Source of the DNA: Rhizaria sp. SCN 62-66
Lineage: Eukaryota
DNA: 64,000 nt
Direction: 5' to 3'
NCBI GenBank assembly: GCA_001724265.1
Contig: MEDY01000061.1
Span: forward strand, 1-64,000
Below the pieces are notes generated by a model that worked only from the letters and a program-made list of their open reading frames with translations, had not been told where the DNA came from and searched no databases. Both the position numbers and the translations under genes were made by a program. Shown piece by piece: positions 1-11,700 of the stretch (position 1 is its first letter; each line of letters opens with the position of its first letter).

Positions 1-414
1 TTTATTTGACGGAAGTTTGACAAAGTTGTATGGCTATTTCAAACTGCCCCTTCCAGGCGCGTTTTTGCGTTTTCCATAAACCTCTACATCAGGGGTACAC
101 AAGTGATCATAGTGCAAGTATCGCTGTTATTGTTCATACTTGATATATCTTCTTCTGATTTTTTTTTCTGTCCTGAAGTTGTTTACGTGCTCACACTTCT
201 GTTGGAAAGTAGGTTTAACACATGCACCTCTTGCTGCTTCGTTCCATTCTCATGCATATGGCCAACCATGCTTAGATTGCAGATTGCAGATTGTTTACGG
301 TTTGCAAACTTGCAAGTTTCTTTTTTGTTAAGCACAGCGACACATAGCACGTTGCACGACCCACATCACGCAGCTAACCCACTGTGAGATACTGGGAGAT
401 GGAGCGCAGCGCTG

Positions 415-2313
415 TTACGGGTGAAGGTTACATGACTCACACGTCCGCGGCGGCTGCACCGCGAAAAACAGCTCCGCAATCTCGTCTTTCCGCTTCTGCG
501 CAATCTCGCACTCGACCCTGTTGTTGTTGTTGAAGCAATCTGCGCCGCCGCCGACCTCGATGAAGCCGACGGCGCCCTTCTCGGTGCGGAAGATCGAGTG
601 GTCGACGAGCGTGAGCGTGCCGGGCACGCGCGTGTCGAGCTCGAACACGGCGGCACCGCCCGACGCCACGGGGGTTACCTGCACGGCGCGCGCGGGCGGG
701 GAGGCCAGGTCGCCGTCGCGATACACGTTCTCCATCACGGCGCCGATGACGTGCAGCGAAGAGACGAGGTTGGGCCCCGCGTTGGCGAAGTACACGCGCA
801 CGCGGTCGTTCAGGTCGACCTTGAGCGTGCCTTCGTTGCGCAGGGATCCGTCGCGGCCGTTGAACACCACCAGGCGCGGTTTTTCGGCCTGGCCGGCCTC
901 GTAGTCGAAGCCGACCAGGTTGGGGTCGTCCTCGTCCTCGTCTTCGTCGGCGTCAAAGCTGCTCGCGACGGCAGGGCTGACCGGGGCAGCAGCAGGTGCT
1001 TTGCCGTTGTTGGCGTCTTTACCGGTGGCGGCGGCGGCAGTGATGGCGGGGGTCTTGCTGGTGCCGGCCGTGGTGGCTCCCGGCACCTTGCTGGCGGCGA
1101 CTGTAGCGGCGATGTCAGTCGCGTCTCTGCTGAACACCACGGCGGGGCCATCCTTCGCCGCAGCTGCAGATGCTGCAGCAATAGAGGCAGCAGCAGCGGT
1201 GGCGGCGGCAAGCGCAGGCACAGGCACAGGCTTGCTCTTGGCCTGCGGTGGCGGCGGCGTGGGCAGATCGGCGTAAATCTCGCTCTGCATGATAAAAAAC
1301 TCCTTATCCACCGGCGGCAGCCCCTCTTCGGGCTCGACGATGCAGGCGCCGTACATGCCGCGGCCGATGTGCACGCCGATGGGCCCCACAGCGCAGTGGT
1401 AGACAAAGAAGCCCGGGTACAACAGCCTGAACTCGGCCGCCGTCGTCTCGCCCGAGCGCGAGGTGAGCACCGTCGACCCGCCGCCGGGCCCCGAGACGGC
1501 GTGCACGTCGAGGTTGTGCTCCATTCCCGTGGGGTCGTCGTTGCGCAGGCTCAGGCACAGCACGTCGCCCACGCGCGCGCGGAAGATTGGCCCCGGGACG
1601 GCGCCGTCGAAGGGCCAGAACTCGAACTTTTGCTCTCCGCGGCCGATCGACATGACCTTGACGCCAGCCGAGAGCGGCACAACGACCTTGGCCTGGTGGC
1701 TGCGCGCGATCGGGGGCGGGACGTGCGGCGCAAAGGCAATGGACGCGTGCTCCACGGGCAGCTGCTCCTTTGGGGTGAGCTTGACGGCGCGGCCGATGTT
1801 AGTCAGGTAGTAGGGGTTGCGCACGCGGGGGTGTGTCGCGGTGCCTTTGCCTGGCCTGCTATCACTGCCGCTATTGCTGTTCCCAGAAGAGGAGTTGCTG
1901 TCTTTGGCGTCTTTTTTGTTGTAGAGCGCAGTGACAGCAAGGCCGGCGGAAAGAAACGCAGTGGCGGCAGAGCCATAACGAGAGCCAGAGCCACTAGAGT
2001 CACTGGAGTCCCACTTGCTGTCGGACTTTGAGTCAGATCCGGAGCCAGAAGCGGAGTTGGCAAGCGACGATGACGGTGAAAGCAGAAAAGAAGAGGAGCT
2101 AAGACTAAAGCTACGCTGTTTAGAGCTAAACACACAGAAACGGGCGCCTGTGACGGCGGTGGTAGAGCAGAGTATTGCTGGCGAAAGTAGACTGGGACAC
2201 GGACTCGAGCGAGACAGGGCGGATGCTGCCGTTGCCCTTGCGAGGGACAGAGGACGGCTTTTGGTGAAGACATGCGCAAGTGTCCGCGTAAGTGTAGTAG
2301 TGTGTGAGAGCAT
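415..2313 (-). CDS. nirK: Copper-containing nitrite reductase (NirK, AniA-like), intronless, with N-terminal mitochondrial-type presequence
   Basis: 632-aa ORF with both cupredoxin domains and the Cu ligands: HNLDVH, YHC...HIGRGM, SSLHVIG (catalytic His) and LVDHSIFR. Also has PHVPPPI, FDGAVPGP and DKEFFIMQSEIY. The N-terminus is R/S/L-rich and acid-free, followed by a hydrophobic segment. Ends in TAA. Confidence 0.95.
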   Translation of the reverse strand: MLSHTTTLTRTLAHVFTKSRPLSLARATAASALSRSSPCPSLLSPAILCSTTAVTGARFCVFSSKQRSFSLSSSSFLLSPSSSLANSASGSGSDSKSDSKWDSSDSSGSGSRYGSAATAFLSAGLAVTALYNKKDAKDSNSSSGNSNSGSDSRPGKGTATHPRVRNPYYLTNIGRAVKLTPKEQLPVEHASIAFAPHVPPPIARSHQAKVVVPLSAGVKVMSIGRGEQKFEFWPFDGAVPGPIFRARVGDVLCLSLRNDDPTGMEHNLDVHAVSGPGGGSTVLTSRSGETTAAEFRLLYPGFFVYHCAVGPIGVHIGRGMYGACIVEPEEGLPPVDKEFFIMQSEIYADLPTPPPPQAKSKPVPVPALAAATAAAASIAAASAAAAKDGPAVVFSRDATDIAATVAASKVPGATTAGTSKTPAITAAAATGKDANNGKAPAAAPVSPAVASSFDADEDEDEDDPNLVGFDYEAGQAEKPRLVVFNGRDGSLRNEGTLKVDLNDRVRVYFANAGPNLVSSLHVIGAVMENVYRDGDLASPPARAVQVTPVASGGAAVFELDTRVPGTLTLVDHSIFRTEKGAVGFIEVGGGADCFNNNNRVECEIAQKRKDEIAELFFAVQPPRTCESCNLHP

Positions 2314-3030
2314 GTAACGTTTTCTCTCTCAGACAACCTGTGTTCAGAGTGGAAGGCGGCAGTGAATGAAGTAAGGGGCGGGGAGTGAAGATATTGTCTC
2401 CTTCAGAGATCAAATGTTGTGGTACCAACGTAAAACGCCGTCATAAATTTAAAAGAAACAAATAAAACAAAGATAATACTTAAAGATATGTATACATTAA
2501 ACCTTCATTCAGATTAACTGCATATACATGTCTGAAGCGACTGAGATCACCGATTCTTGTCGACAACCTCCTACGAGATCGGACAATACAGTGCAATTCT
2601 TCTTCACAAACTGAAGTCACGTGATTTTAAGTTAAATTTTGATTACAAGACACATCGCCTTGTTTAGCATTTAAACACTGTTCAAAGTGTCAATACAAGT
2701 GTGTATATTCAAATATGAAGACATCATGCGTCATATGACGGCTTGTAGAGGGTCTTTAAGTGAGGTTTGACTCTTAGTTATCAACAAGCAACAGTGATTA
2801 CACCGAGTATTCAACGTTTTTTACATTTGTATTCTTATGATCTTCATATATTACCGTGAAGTGATCATCTAACATGATTATTAACACATTTTTCTCTCAA
2901 CAAATATCCTTCCTCACAAACTAGCTTGAGTTCCTTCAGTGTCACAAAGCCAGAACAGACAGCAGCAACGTTTTTCACAAGCAGTTCGAATTTCTTCGCT
3001 TTGTCTCCACCGATGACAGCACGAGAGCGC

Positions 3031-5913
3031 TTAGCCGAGGCGGATGATGCCGGCGGCGGCAAGCTTCTCGATGGCCTGCATAACCTTGGCGTCCTTGAGG
3101 TGCTCCTGCGCCTTCTCGGGGTGGTCTTGCATGTCCTACAAGCAAGACAAAACAAGGGATTTGGGCACATATATCGTGAGTTAGTGCAATAGAATCAGAA
3201 TATAATATAAGATATCACAATTCACTTCAATATACCGATAAAAGTCAAATAAATCAAGCAACACAATCGCACTGAGCAACATCAATTATCATCAAGATCC
3301 CCCATTTCGTTGTTCGTGCTTCCGAATCTTGCGTACCTGCAGGATCTGGTTCATGACGGGGTCGCGCATGATCTTCTGCACCTCGGGGTCCTTCATCGAC
3401 TCCTCGCGGCGCTGCTGGTCCACCTCGCCGCTCGCGTTGGCGGCCGAGATGGCGTACTGCGTCGCGCGCAGGCCCTCCAGCAGGTCCTCGTTGGTCGGCT
3501 CCAGCTTCAGGCCGTCACGGTACGTGTCCAGGGCCTGAGGAGAGCGAGAGTACACAGTGGGGAAGCAAACAAATAGGGCAAAATACAAGGCGAGAAGGCG
3601 TGCGTTAAGGTCGATGCAAACGAGGTTGTGAGAGAGAATGTTTTGAGAGCGTTAACAAAAGGGGATAGAGGCGCCGTAGGTGCCAAGAAGACACATTTAG
3701 GGTTAAAGCAAGACGACAAACACAGATATCTCAAACAGAGCGCAGATACACGGTGAACACGCGCCGTACCTGGGGGTAGCGCTTGAGGAAGTGCTGGATC
3801 TTGGCCTTGCGGATGTAGGCCTTGACGAACTTGGGGTCGGCGGCCAGGCACTTGTCGCAGTCGTCGAGGCCCTTGCCCCAGTCCATGAGCTTGATGTAGC
3901 ACGCCGCGCGGTTAGCGTAGACCTTGTAGTTGTCCGGGTTGCGCTTGAGGGCCTCGGTGTACTTCGCCACGGCGGCGGGGAAGTCGCCGGCCTTGAAGAA
4001 CTCGTTGCCCGCCTAATTGCAGACAACGGCGCAGGAGAGATGGGGGGAGGAAAAGACAAAGGCGGGGGAGATCTCGTGAGTGTTCGTCTTTGTAGAATAA
4101 AACATGAGATCTTACATCGCAGTAATGAAATTTTACACAATACACATAAAAATTAAGCGCCACCCCTAACAAATGTTATATCCGCGAGATATCAGCGAGC
4201 TATCCCTTGCTTTAGGGAATTGACGTACCTCCTTCTCCTCCTCCGACTTGACGGGGTCGAGGTAGGCCTGCGTCTCGTAGGCGCGCTTGGCGCTCTCAGC
4301 CTTGCGCAGCGCGTCGCGCGCGGCGCCGCTGTTCTCCTCGAGGATGCTCCACTTGTACGCGGCAATCGCATCGGCCCACTTGTTGACCTTGGTGAGCGCG
4401 TTGGCCTTGCGCAGGTAGATGCGCGCCTTCTGCGCCGAGTCCACCTTGTGCACGGCCGCCACGGCCAGCGCCTTGTCGCACCAGTCGACGGCCTCGTCCC
4501 AGGCCTTCTCCTCGACCGCCACGGCCGCCAGGTTGGACAGGTAGGCCGCGTTGGTGTCGTCGGTCTCCACCGCCTGGAGGTACAGCGCGCGCGCGGCCGC
4601 AAAGTCCTTGGCCTTGTACTTGGTCGTGCCCTGCTCCTTGAGCGCGTCGGCTGCGGCGCGCTTGGCCGCGCGCTCGCGCCTCTCCGCCTCGAGCTCCTCG
4701 TCCACCTCTGCGCCGAAGAAACAAACAGGGACAATAGGCGAGGTAGATGCACAAATGTGAGAAAATAGGTATACAATACAGAAATGACTGTCAATTTGGG
4801 ATGTGGATATAAAAATACATTTACAGTTTCGTTATATGTTCGTTTCGTGGCGAAATATCGCGTCGTCAAAGTGGCGTACCCTGGGGCTCCTCCTGCTCCT
4901 CGATTGGGGGCGCAGCCGCGGCGGGGGCGGGGGCGGAGTAGGCGGGACCGGCGGGCGCGCGCGTCGTCTTGTTGGCCTCGGTGGCGGCCTTGGCCTTGGG
5001 CTTGCTCTTGTGGGCGTCTTCGTCGTCGCTGGCGTCGCCCACAACGGCGTCGTCGTCACTGTCATCGCCCATCCCCTTGAACTTGTAGTTGTTGCCCGCG
5101 GCGGCGGCGGCGTCGGCGTCATCGTCGGGCATGGCGGCCATGTCAATGCCGAGCGAGACGGAGATGGCCTCCATCACGCGCGGGTCGCCCATGTGCTTCT
5201 GCAGCGCGCTGGGGTTGGTCTGGATGTCCTTAATGGCGGCGATGAAGCTGGGGTCGCTCAGGTACTTGGCCGTCTTGGGGTTCGAGGCCAGCTTCGCCAG
5301 GTTGATCATGCCCGCCAGCGGGTTCGCCGCGCCGGCGCGCTGCTGCTGCTGCTGCTGGATGCGGGCGTTGACGTCGGCGAGGGCCTCAGTGAGGCTCGCG
5401 TTGGAGGGGTCCGCCTTGATGCCCGCGTTGAGCGCCGCGGCGGCGTCGGCAAGCGCGCCCTGGCCAACCAGGGCCGTGCTCTTGCGCGAATAGCCCTTGC
5501 CCCACGACGGGTTGCGCGCAATGCAGGCCTCAGCGTCGGCCAGCGCGGCGGACCAGTCCTGCTTCGAGGCGTGCGCGCCCGAGCGGTTGGAGTAGAAGAC
5601 GTAGTTGTCCTCGACCTCGATGGCCTGCGAGTGCGGCGCGACGACGGTGGCGAGTAGATGACGCGCAAAAGGGGAATGTGCGGAAGTGTGAGTCAATTCG
5701 AGAAATGTTTTAACGAATTTCATAGCGCAGTGTAAACAAGAAGATGATTCGTGAAGGTTAAGGGCGTAGCCAACGCGTTTGGAGGGAGAGTTGTGTTCGA
5801 GGATGTGGGATGGAGGAAAGGCGTACCTTGGTGAAGAGTTCGATGGCAGAGTCAAAGTTGCCCGCGGTAAAGGCCGCGTTGCCGGCGTTCTTGAGTTCCT
5901 GCGCACTGCTCAT
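3031..5913 (-). CDS. STI1: Hsp70/Hsp90 organising protein STI1/HOP (TPR1-DP1-TPR2A-TPR2B-DP2), 6 exons
   Basis: Exons 5913-5827, 5624-4880, 4707-4229, 4012-3770, 3534-3337 and 3135-3031, joined by phase-compatible GT-AG introns. Motifs: ELKNAGNAAF, YSNRSGA, WGKGYSRK, GNEFFKAGDFP, YANRAACY, MKDPEVQKIMRDPVMNQILQ and C-terminal KLAAAGIIRLG-TAA. Confidence 0.96.
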
Positions 5914-7024
5914 GTTCTGTCACACAGAAAAGTGGAGAGCGATAGAGAGAGAGATCGGGACACGCAGATGTGGGTCGTGAAGGCGGTGAAGGGATGAGTG
6001 AGGAATGCGGGAATGAGGATCAGAGCGTGGAAACGATGATTTGTGGTGAGAATAAATAAAACGGAGAGATATTAGCACATTTAACCACTGAGAAACTAAA
6101 ATATAGGACGCGTAAACGAAGGCAGTTAGAGATATTCGTTTTGTTTGTTGAGCCGAAAACCGATGGTCAGTCAGCGGTTGGATTGTTCGCGAAAGTCGCT
6201 TTGTGGTCGGTCGACCGTCAGACCGAATTTTCGCGAACCGCCCCAAAAGAAAAGTTGGGATATCTCTTTCAGAGTGACACTTTAAGGTAAAATGACAGAC
6301 TTCAAGCTAAGAAGACGCCATTTCTATTGCAAGCTATGTGTATTTGTTCCGTATGCACGTCTATATAGCGCAAATCTCTCGCCGTCGAATCTCTCCGCAG
6401 CACTGGCGGCTGGCTTGCCGGCGTGCGTCCAGCGGGGCGAGCGAGATGTATCTCGCCCTTGAAAAGGTGGCCTCTGTTTGAACGTTTCCGTGTAGTTTCG
6501 CCGCGTGAATTTTGGACTATGCATTGGACGTGCAATGCTTTCTTTTTTATTTGATTTACGGCTGGCGCACGGCACGTGGCGCACAACAAAAAGTGTAAAG
6601 CGGCCCGCCGCCTTGTTTGCCCACGTAAGCAGCCGCACTTCGCCTCGCCGCGCCGTGCGCTCCACCGGCGAGCGCCTTTGGTGTATTTGCACTAAAGGCG
6701 CCGTGCATGCATGCTGTGTTTCCACGCGCTTGTCTTCGCGGCGTTCTGACCGCGTATCCAGCGAGAAAACTGCTGGGTCGTATGGCGGCGCCAACGTGTG
6801 CGAGCAACGGCCGGCACGCCGCTTTATCTCGAGTCGCTCTCGCGCTTTATCTTCTCTCTCTTGCGGAGTTAAATGCATACATCCTGGTTTAAACGCACTT
6901 GTTCTCACCAATTTTATTTCTCATTTTCTATTTCGCCATATTCTCTCTTCTGTATCACCATTCGTGTCCTGCCCGCGTCTAACGCTTTTCCCGTGCTGTC
7001 AACGCCACCTTCAGAGCCAAGAAC

Positions 7025-8222
7025 ATGAAGCTCCAGCTCCTCTTCGTCTTCCTCCTCGTCGCCCTCGCGGGCGTCTTTGCCAACCCCGGCGCCCCCGCGG
7101 CCGCGGCCCCCGCCAAGTTCGACCTCGAGGGCCACGCCGCGTTCAAGAAGCTCTCTGCTTCCGTCGCCGCCGCGTCCGAGGACACGACCTCCAAGGTTAA
7201 GTCCCTCGTCGCCGACATTGCTGCGCTCAAGAAGTCCGTCGAGGCGCTGACCGCGGAGAACGCCGCGCTCAAGGCCGCGCTGGCCAAGCAGGACCAGGGC
7301 GTCAACGTCGTCGCCCGCGTCACCAAGCTCGACGAGCTCGTCAACGCCATCGGCGCCCAGGTACGATCCGCTCCGCTGATATCACTAAAACACGGACTTT
7401 GTGGCATATATCACGACATTTGACGCTAAAATTTAAATATGCGACGCACTACTACTGTTATAATATATGATATAATTTTTGATGGAATTAACTCACATAT
7501 AGTTATTTGATATGCTTGTATATTGTCTAGGTCGATGAGCTCAAGGCCATCGTCGCCAAGAGCACCCTCGCCAACCAGGTCGCCGACCTCGTTGCCACCA
7601 CCAAGGCCACCGTCATCACCAAGTCCAACCTCTACTACGCCCAGGTACGCATGATATCGCTCAATATGCTCTAACAAAGCACCGAACACGTGACTACTGT
7701 GTTGCACTAAATGTCACCTTTGAGACTCTATGTCACGTCTTGCAAGATCAAACACAATTGTTGTTTCGTTGTGTAACGTGTATATCTTTTTAGGTCCAGC
7801 ACATATTCAAACTAACACTGCATATATCCCCTCAATTATTGATGCTCATACAGGCCTCTGCCTTCGCGCAGAAGAACGCCGGCCCCGCCTTCGCCGACTT
7901 CAAGGTCAAGGCCACCGCCCTCGCGCTGCAGGCCCGCGACCGCGCCGTCGAGCTGTTCAAGCAGGCTCGCCAGCGCGCGACGGACGAGCTCATCGCCCGC
8001 AAGATCGGCCCCGCGGACAAGGCGCCCCTGATCGCGCTTTCTGTGCTGTCCCTCGCCGTGTTCATCATCGCCATCGTCGCTCTGTCGGTGCTGCTCGCCG
8101 TGCTCCGCCTCGTCAAGGCCATCATCTGCGCCGTCTGCTGCTGCCGCTGCGGCAAGAAGGCCGCCAAGAAGACCGCCGCCGCGCCCGCCGCCGGCGTCAA
8201 GTCGCCCTCCAAGGCCAAGTAA
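7025..8222 (+). CDS. Unknown secretory/membrane protein: signal peptide, coiled coil, C-terminal TM helix, Cys cluster, Lys-rich tail; 3 exons
   Basis: Exons 7025-7360, 7531-7644 and 7854-8222 with GTACG donors. Strong GC3 codon bias. MKLQLLFVFLLVALAGVFA signal, LIALSVLSLAVFIIAIVALSVLLAVL TM segment and ICAVCCCRC. Ends in TAA. Confidence 0.85.
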
Positions 8223-8765
8223 GTAACTCAGTCAGTCAGTAAGTCAGTAAGTCAGTTAATAGCGTCAATACTACTTACACGGCGACGCGCTGTCTAAGGG
8301 TCTCTGGTATCGAAGGCTACAAGGGGACGCTTTTACCGGACTGCGAGAAGCTATAACGTAGCTAGCTACGATCTGCTACAAATTGTACTGCCTCGGCTTT
8401 GCGCTGTGTTGTCACAACGAGTGCACGCTTTGTGCGTACGGCTGAAACGAGCGAGCGAATCGCTATCGTTGTGCTTTGTTGCTGCGACGACTGCTGTTCC
8501 GAGCGAGTCTTGGTGCACTTTGGGCGGCCGCCACTGTTATTTCCCGTGCTTCTTATATTCTACTGTTCGTAGTTGGACGAGCGTCGCGGTGGCTGTTGCG
8601 TCTGTTGTTTTTGCCTTTATCTTTATTTCACCCAAATACAAAACCATAATGTAAAACACAGATTCTCGATGTGTATTGTTCATTCGATTAATTCATGCAG
8701 GAATTGCTTCACTATTGTATGAGTTGTTATTCTAGGTACAGTACATTTGTTTGCTGTTGTAGTCG

Positions 8766-11700
8766 TCACTGTTGCTCGCTAGCTTTACTGTTGGCGGTGC
8801 TGCTGCGGCGACGGCTGCGGACACTTGTGTTGCTGCTGCTGCTACTGTCAACGGCCGCAAAGCTGTCAAATATCGCTGCGTCCGCACACGCGGTACCAGC
8901 GTCGGCGTGACTGCATGTGTTGCTCATGCGAGAGCTGAGGCTGTTCAGGTCTGATGCTTCTGCGACTGCTTTTGCAGCTGCTGCTGGGGCTGATGTGAAT
9001 GCTCCTGCTAAGCTCTTAGTCATGAGCTTAGCAGTCCTCGCGTTGGCGTTGCGAGTCGGGCTAGAAACGATGCTACTGCTACTGCCGCTGCTAACGCGAT
9101 GACTGCGACTGGTACTTGTGGTGCTAGCGGTGGTGCGAGTGCGCGTGCGGGTGTTACTCTTGTTTGTGATCTTATTATCGTCGTAATCGCGATCGCTGGC
9201 GCCAGCGTTGTCATCGCCGTCGCCGTCATCACCGTCTGCGTTATGTTTACTCTCACTGTCACTCTCGCTAGCAGCAGCATTGTCACCGTCAGTGTCAGTG
9301 TCAGCATCAGTATCAGAGTCGCTCAGCGCGTTCTTGCTCTTGTGACTCCCGCTGTGTGCCCGACTAGTCTTCGCAGTGGTGCGCTTGGAGCCAGCAGCTG
9401 TCGCCCCCTTAGACGCAGATGGCGCGTCTAAGTACCTCTTGCGACCAGCACCCTTCGAGGAGACAACAGTGAGGCCTGGAGACAGCAACAAGGACTGCGG
9501 CTGCGGCCGTGACAACACGCGAGACTGAGACTGCGGCAGAGAGAGTGGTTGTGAACTGCTACTTACACCACGCTGAGTCCGTGTCGGTGTAAGTACAGTT
9601 GATGCCTGGAATGGCCGTTGAGGAGACTGTGTCTTTGAGAGCCCGGGTCCCGCAAGCTCTCGCTCCTGCTCGAGCTCTTGCTCTTTCTGGTCAACGTACC
9701 CACTGAGACTGTCGTCTCCGCCTTCTAAGTACCTATGCTCGAGCTCTAAGTACTTATCGACAATTAGCTCAGACGGGGCCACACGCAACGCGCTAAGGGT
9801 GTTCAGGTACACAGAAGTTAAGCCATACTTACCCACGATAACGCCCTTCGATGCATCAGCCGCCTCAGCCTCCGCGTCTGCTGCAACTGCCTCTGTCCCC
9901 GCTGCGGCTGCAGCAGTTGCTGTCGCCGACTCGATGACCGAGCGCGCTGCCGGCGCCGCTGCCGCCACCAGCACCTTAGGCAGCCTCACAACCGCACTCT
10001 CGCTGCCGCTACCGGGGCTCGGGGAAGCGCCGCTGTCCGCGTTTCGCTGCAGGGACTCAAGCTCGAGCAGCGCGACCGAGGCGAGTCGGGCGACCGAGCC
10101 GAGCCGGGGGCACTCTTTGTGCAGCGACAACAGCTCTAAGGGGGTACTTAGACCGACTGCGTTGGTGCTCTGACTGAGAATGTGTGTTGCGGTAGAGATA
10201 CGGCCCAGTAACACGCTATCTTCAGCCTTCGCAGTCTCTTCGAGCCAGCGCTTGACCCTGTAAGGGGTACTCACACTTACACTCGCACTCGTACTCACGT
10301 TAGGGCTGCCTAGCATCGCCGTTACAGGAGGGGTCTGCGTGGTGCTTAAATACGATGTAAGGGCGAACCTGACCATGTGTGCGAAATACGCGTACACATC
10401 GGCGGCTTCACTTCCAGGCACCCTTACGCTGCGGACGCGCACCCTTAAACCTTCCTGCGCTGCGGTACGGGTACTTACACTGGATGTAAGGGGCACGGCC
10501 GTGTCGACGAAGTCGGGATGCCGCGCCAGCCCCAGCAGCAGCAGCGGCAGCACCGCTTCCGGGCTCGCCGCCGCCGCCGCTGCCACCGCCGCCGCCGCCG
10601 CGGCCGTGCTGGCGGTGGAGTTAGCATTGCCGCTAGCGAGAGAAGCGTTGGCGTTGTGCGCGATAGACTGCGCTGCCGCTGCGAGGGCCCTGCTCACGGT
10701 CACTTTGACGCGAGTCAGAGCGGCCGAAAGCGCGGCGGCGGCGGCTGGAGCCAGGGCGGGATCGGGCGACAGCAGCATTAGAGCCGGCAGCAGCGGCAGC
10801 GGCAGCGGCGACGGCGACGGCGGCGGGAGCGGCGGCTGCAAGGACTGCAACTGCTGTACGTTTGGCGGAGATTGCGACAGGGGTGCTGCTGCTGCTGCTG
10901 CTGCTGTCGATGCTGCTGTAGCCGTGGGCAGTATGGTGAGATAGAGGCACAGCGCTCGGCGCACTGAGGGGCTGTCGTGGTGCGCCACGAAGGCGAATGC
11001 CTGGGAGACGTCGTTCACTAAGGGGGTACTTAGACTGCCACCTTGTTGCGGCGCGGCCGGTGCTGTTGTGAGACTTGATGTCAGCCAGAGAGGCAAGTGG
11101 GGGACGGGGAAAGTCAAGCCGCCTACCCACTGCGGCGCAGGCACCGAACCCAAGCCGCCAGAGATTAAGCCGCTTGTTGTTGTGTGAGTGGTCATGGTGA
11201 CGAGCGCGGCTGCTGTCGCAAGCAGCAATGCATTGCGCACAGTACTTAGATCAACACCGTGGTGCTTAGAAGGCGGCTGCGGAGTTTGCGGAGTAAGTAC
11301 CCCCGCCGTAGCCGCGAGTGTAAGGACTCCTGGCGGTGTTAGCAATGGCGCAGCACCCGCGCTCCTGAGAATGTACGTGACTGTGGGCAGCGCCCTTAGA
11401 AGCAGAGAGAACAAAGGGGCAGCGTTGGCACTTGCACTATTGATACTGCTGCCGCTGCTGCTGCTGCTGCTGCTGCTGAGACTGTTGTTGTTGGTAAGCT
11501 GCTGCGACAAATGGCGGACAACTGCAGTCAACGCCGCAAGCGCCGCAATGCGTGGCTGCAGCAAAGCAGCTTCAGCTTCAGTCTCAGCTTCTACGTCTGC
11601 CTCTGCTGTTTCTGCCTTCGATTCTGACGCAGCCAAAGTCTCAGTTGCAGTCATAGTGTCGTCGCCAGCTGTGATCACGCTATGTTGAGCACTGCGAATG

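Noticed and set aside
421-441. NirK C-terminal CESCNLH as a heme c attachment site
   Set aside because: The spacing is CxxCxxH, not CxxCH, and there is no cytochrome domain.
598-2031. Long antisense and alternative-frame ORFs (also 4803-5657, 15460-16488, 35491-36294, 48419-49345 and others)
   Set aside because: These are shadow ORFs expected from GC3-rich and trinucleotide-repeat coding sequence, with no recognisable motifs.
415-2313. nirK as bacterial contamination
   Set aside because: It has a targeting extension, host-style low-complexity inserts and host codon usage, and it is contiguous with intron-containing genes.
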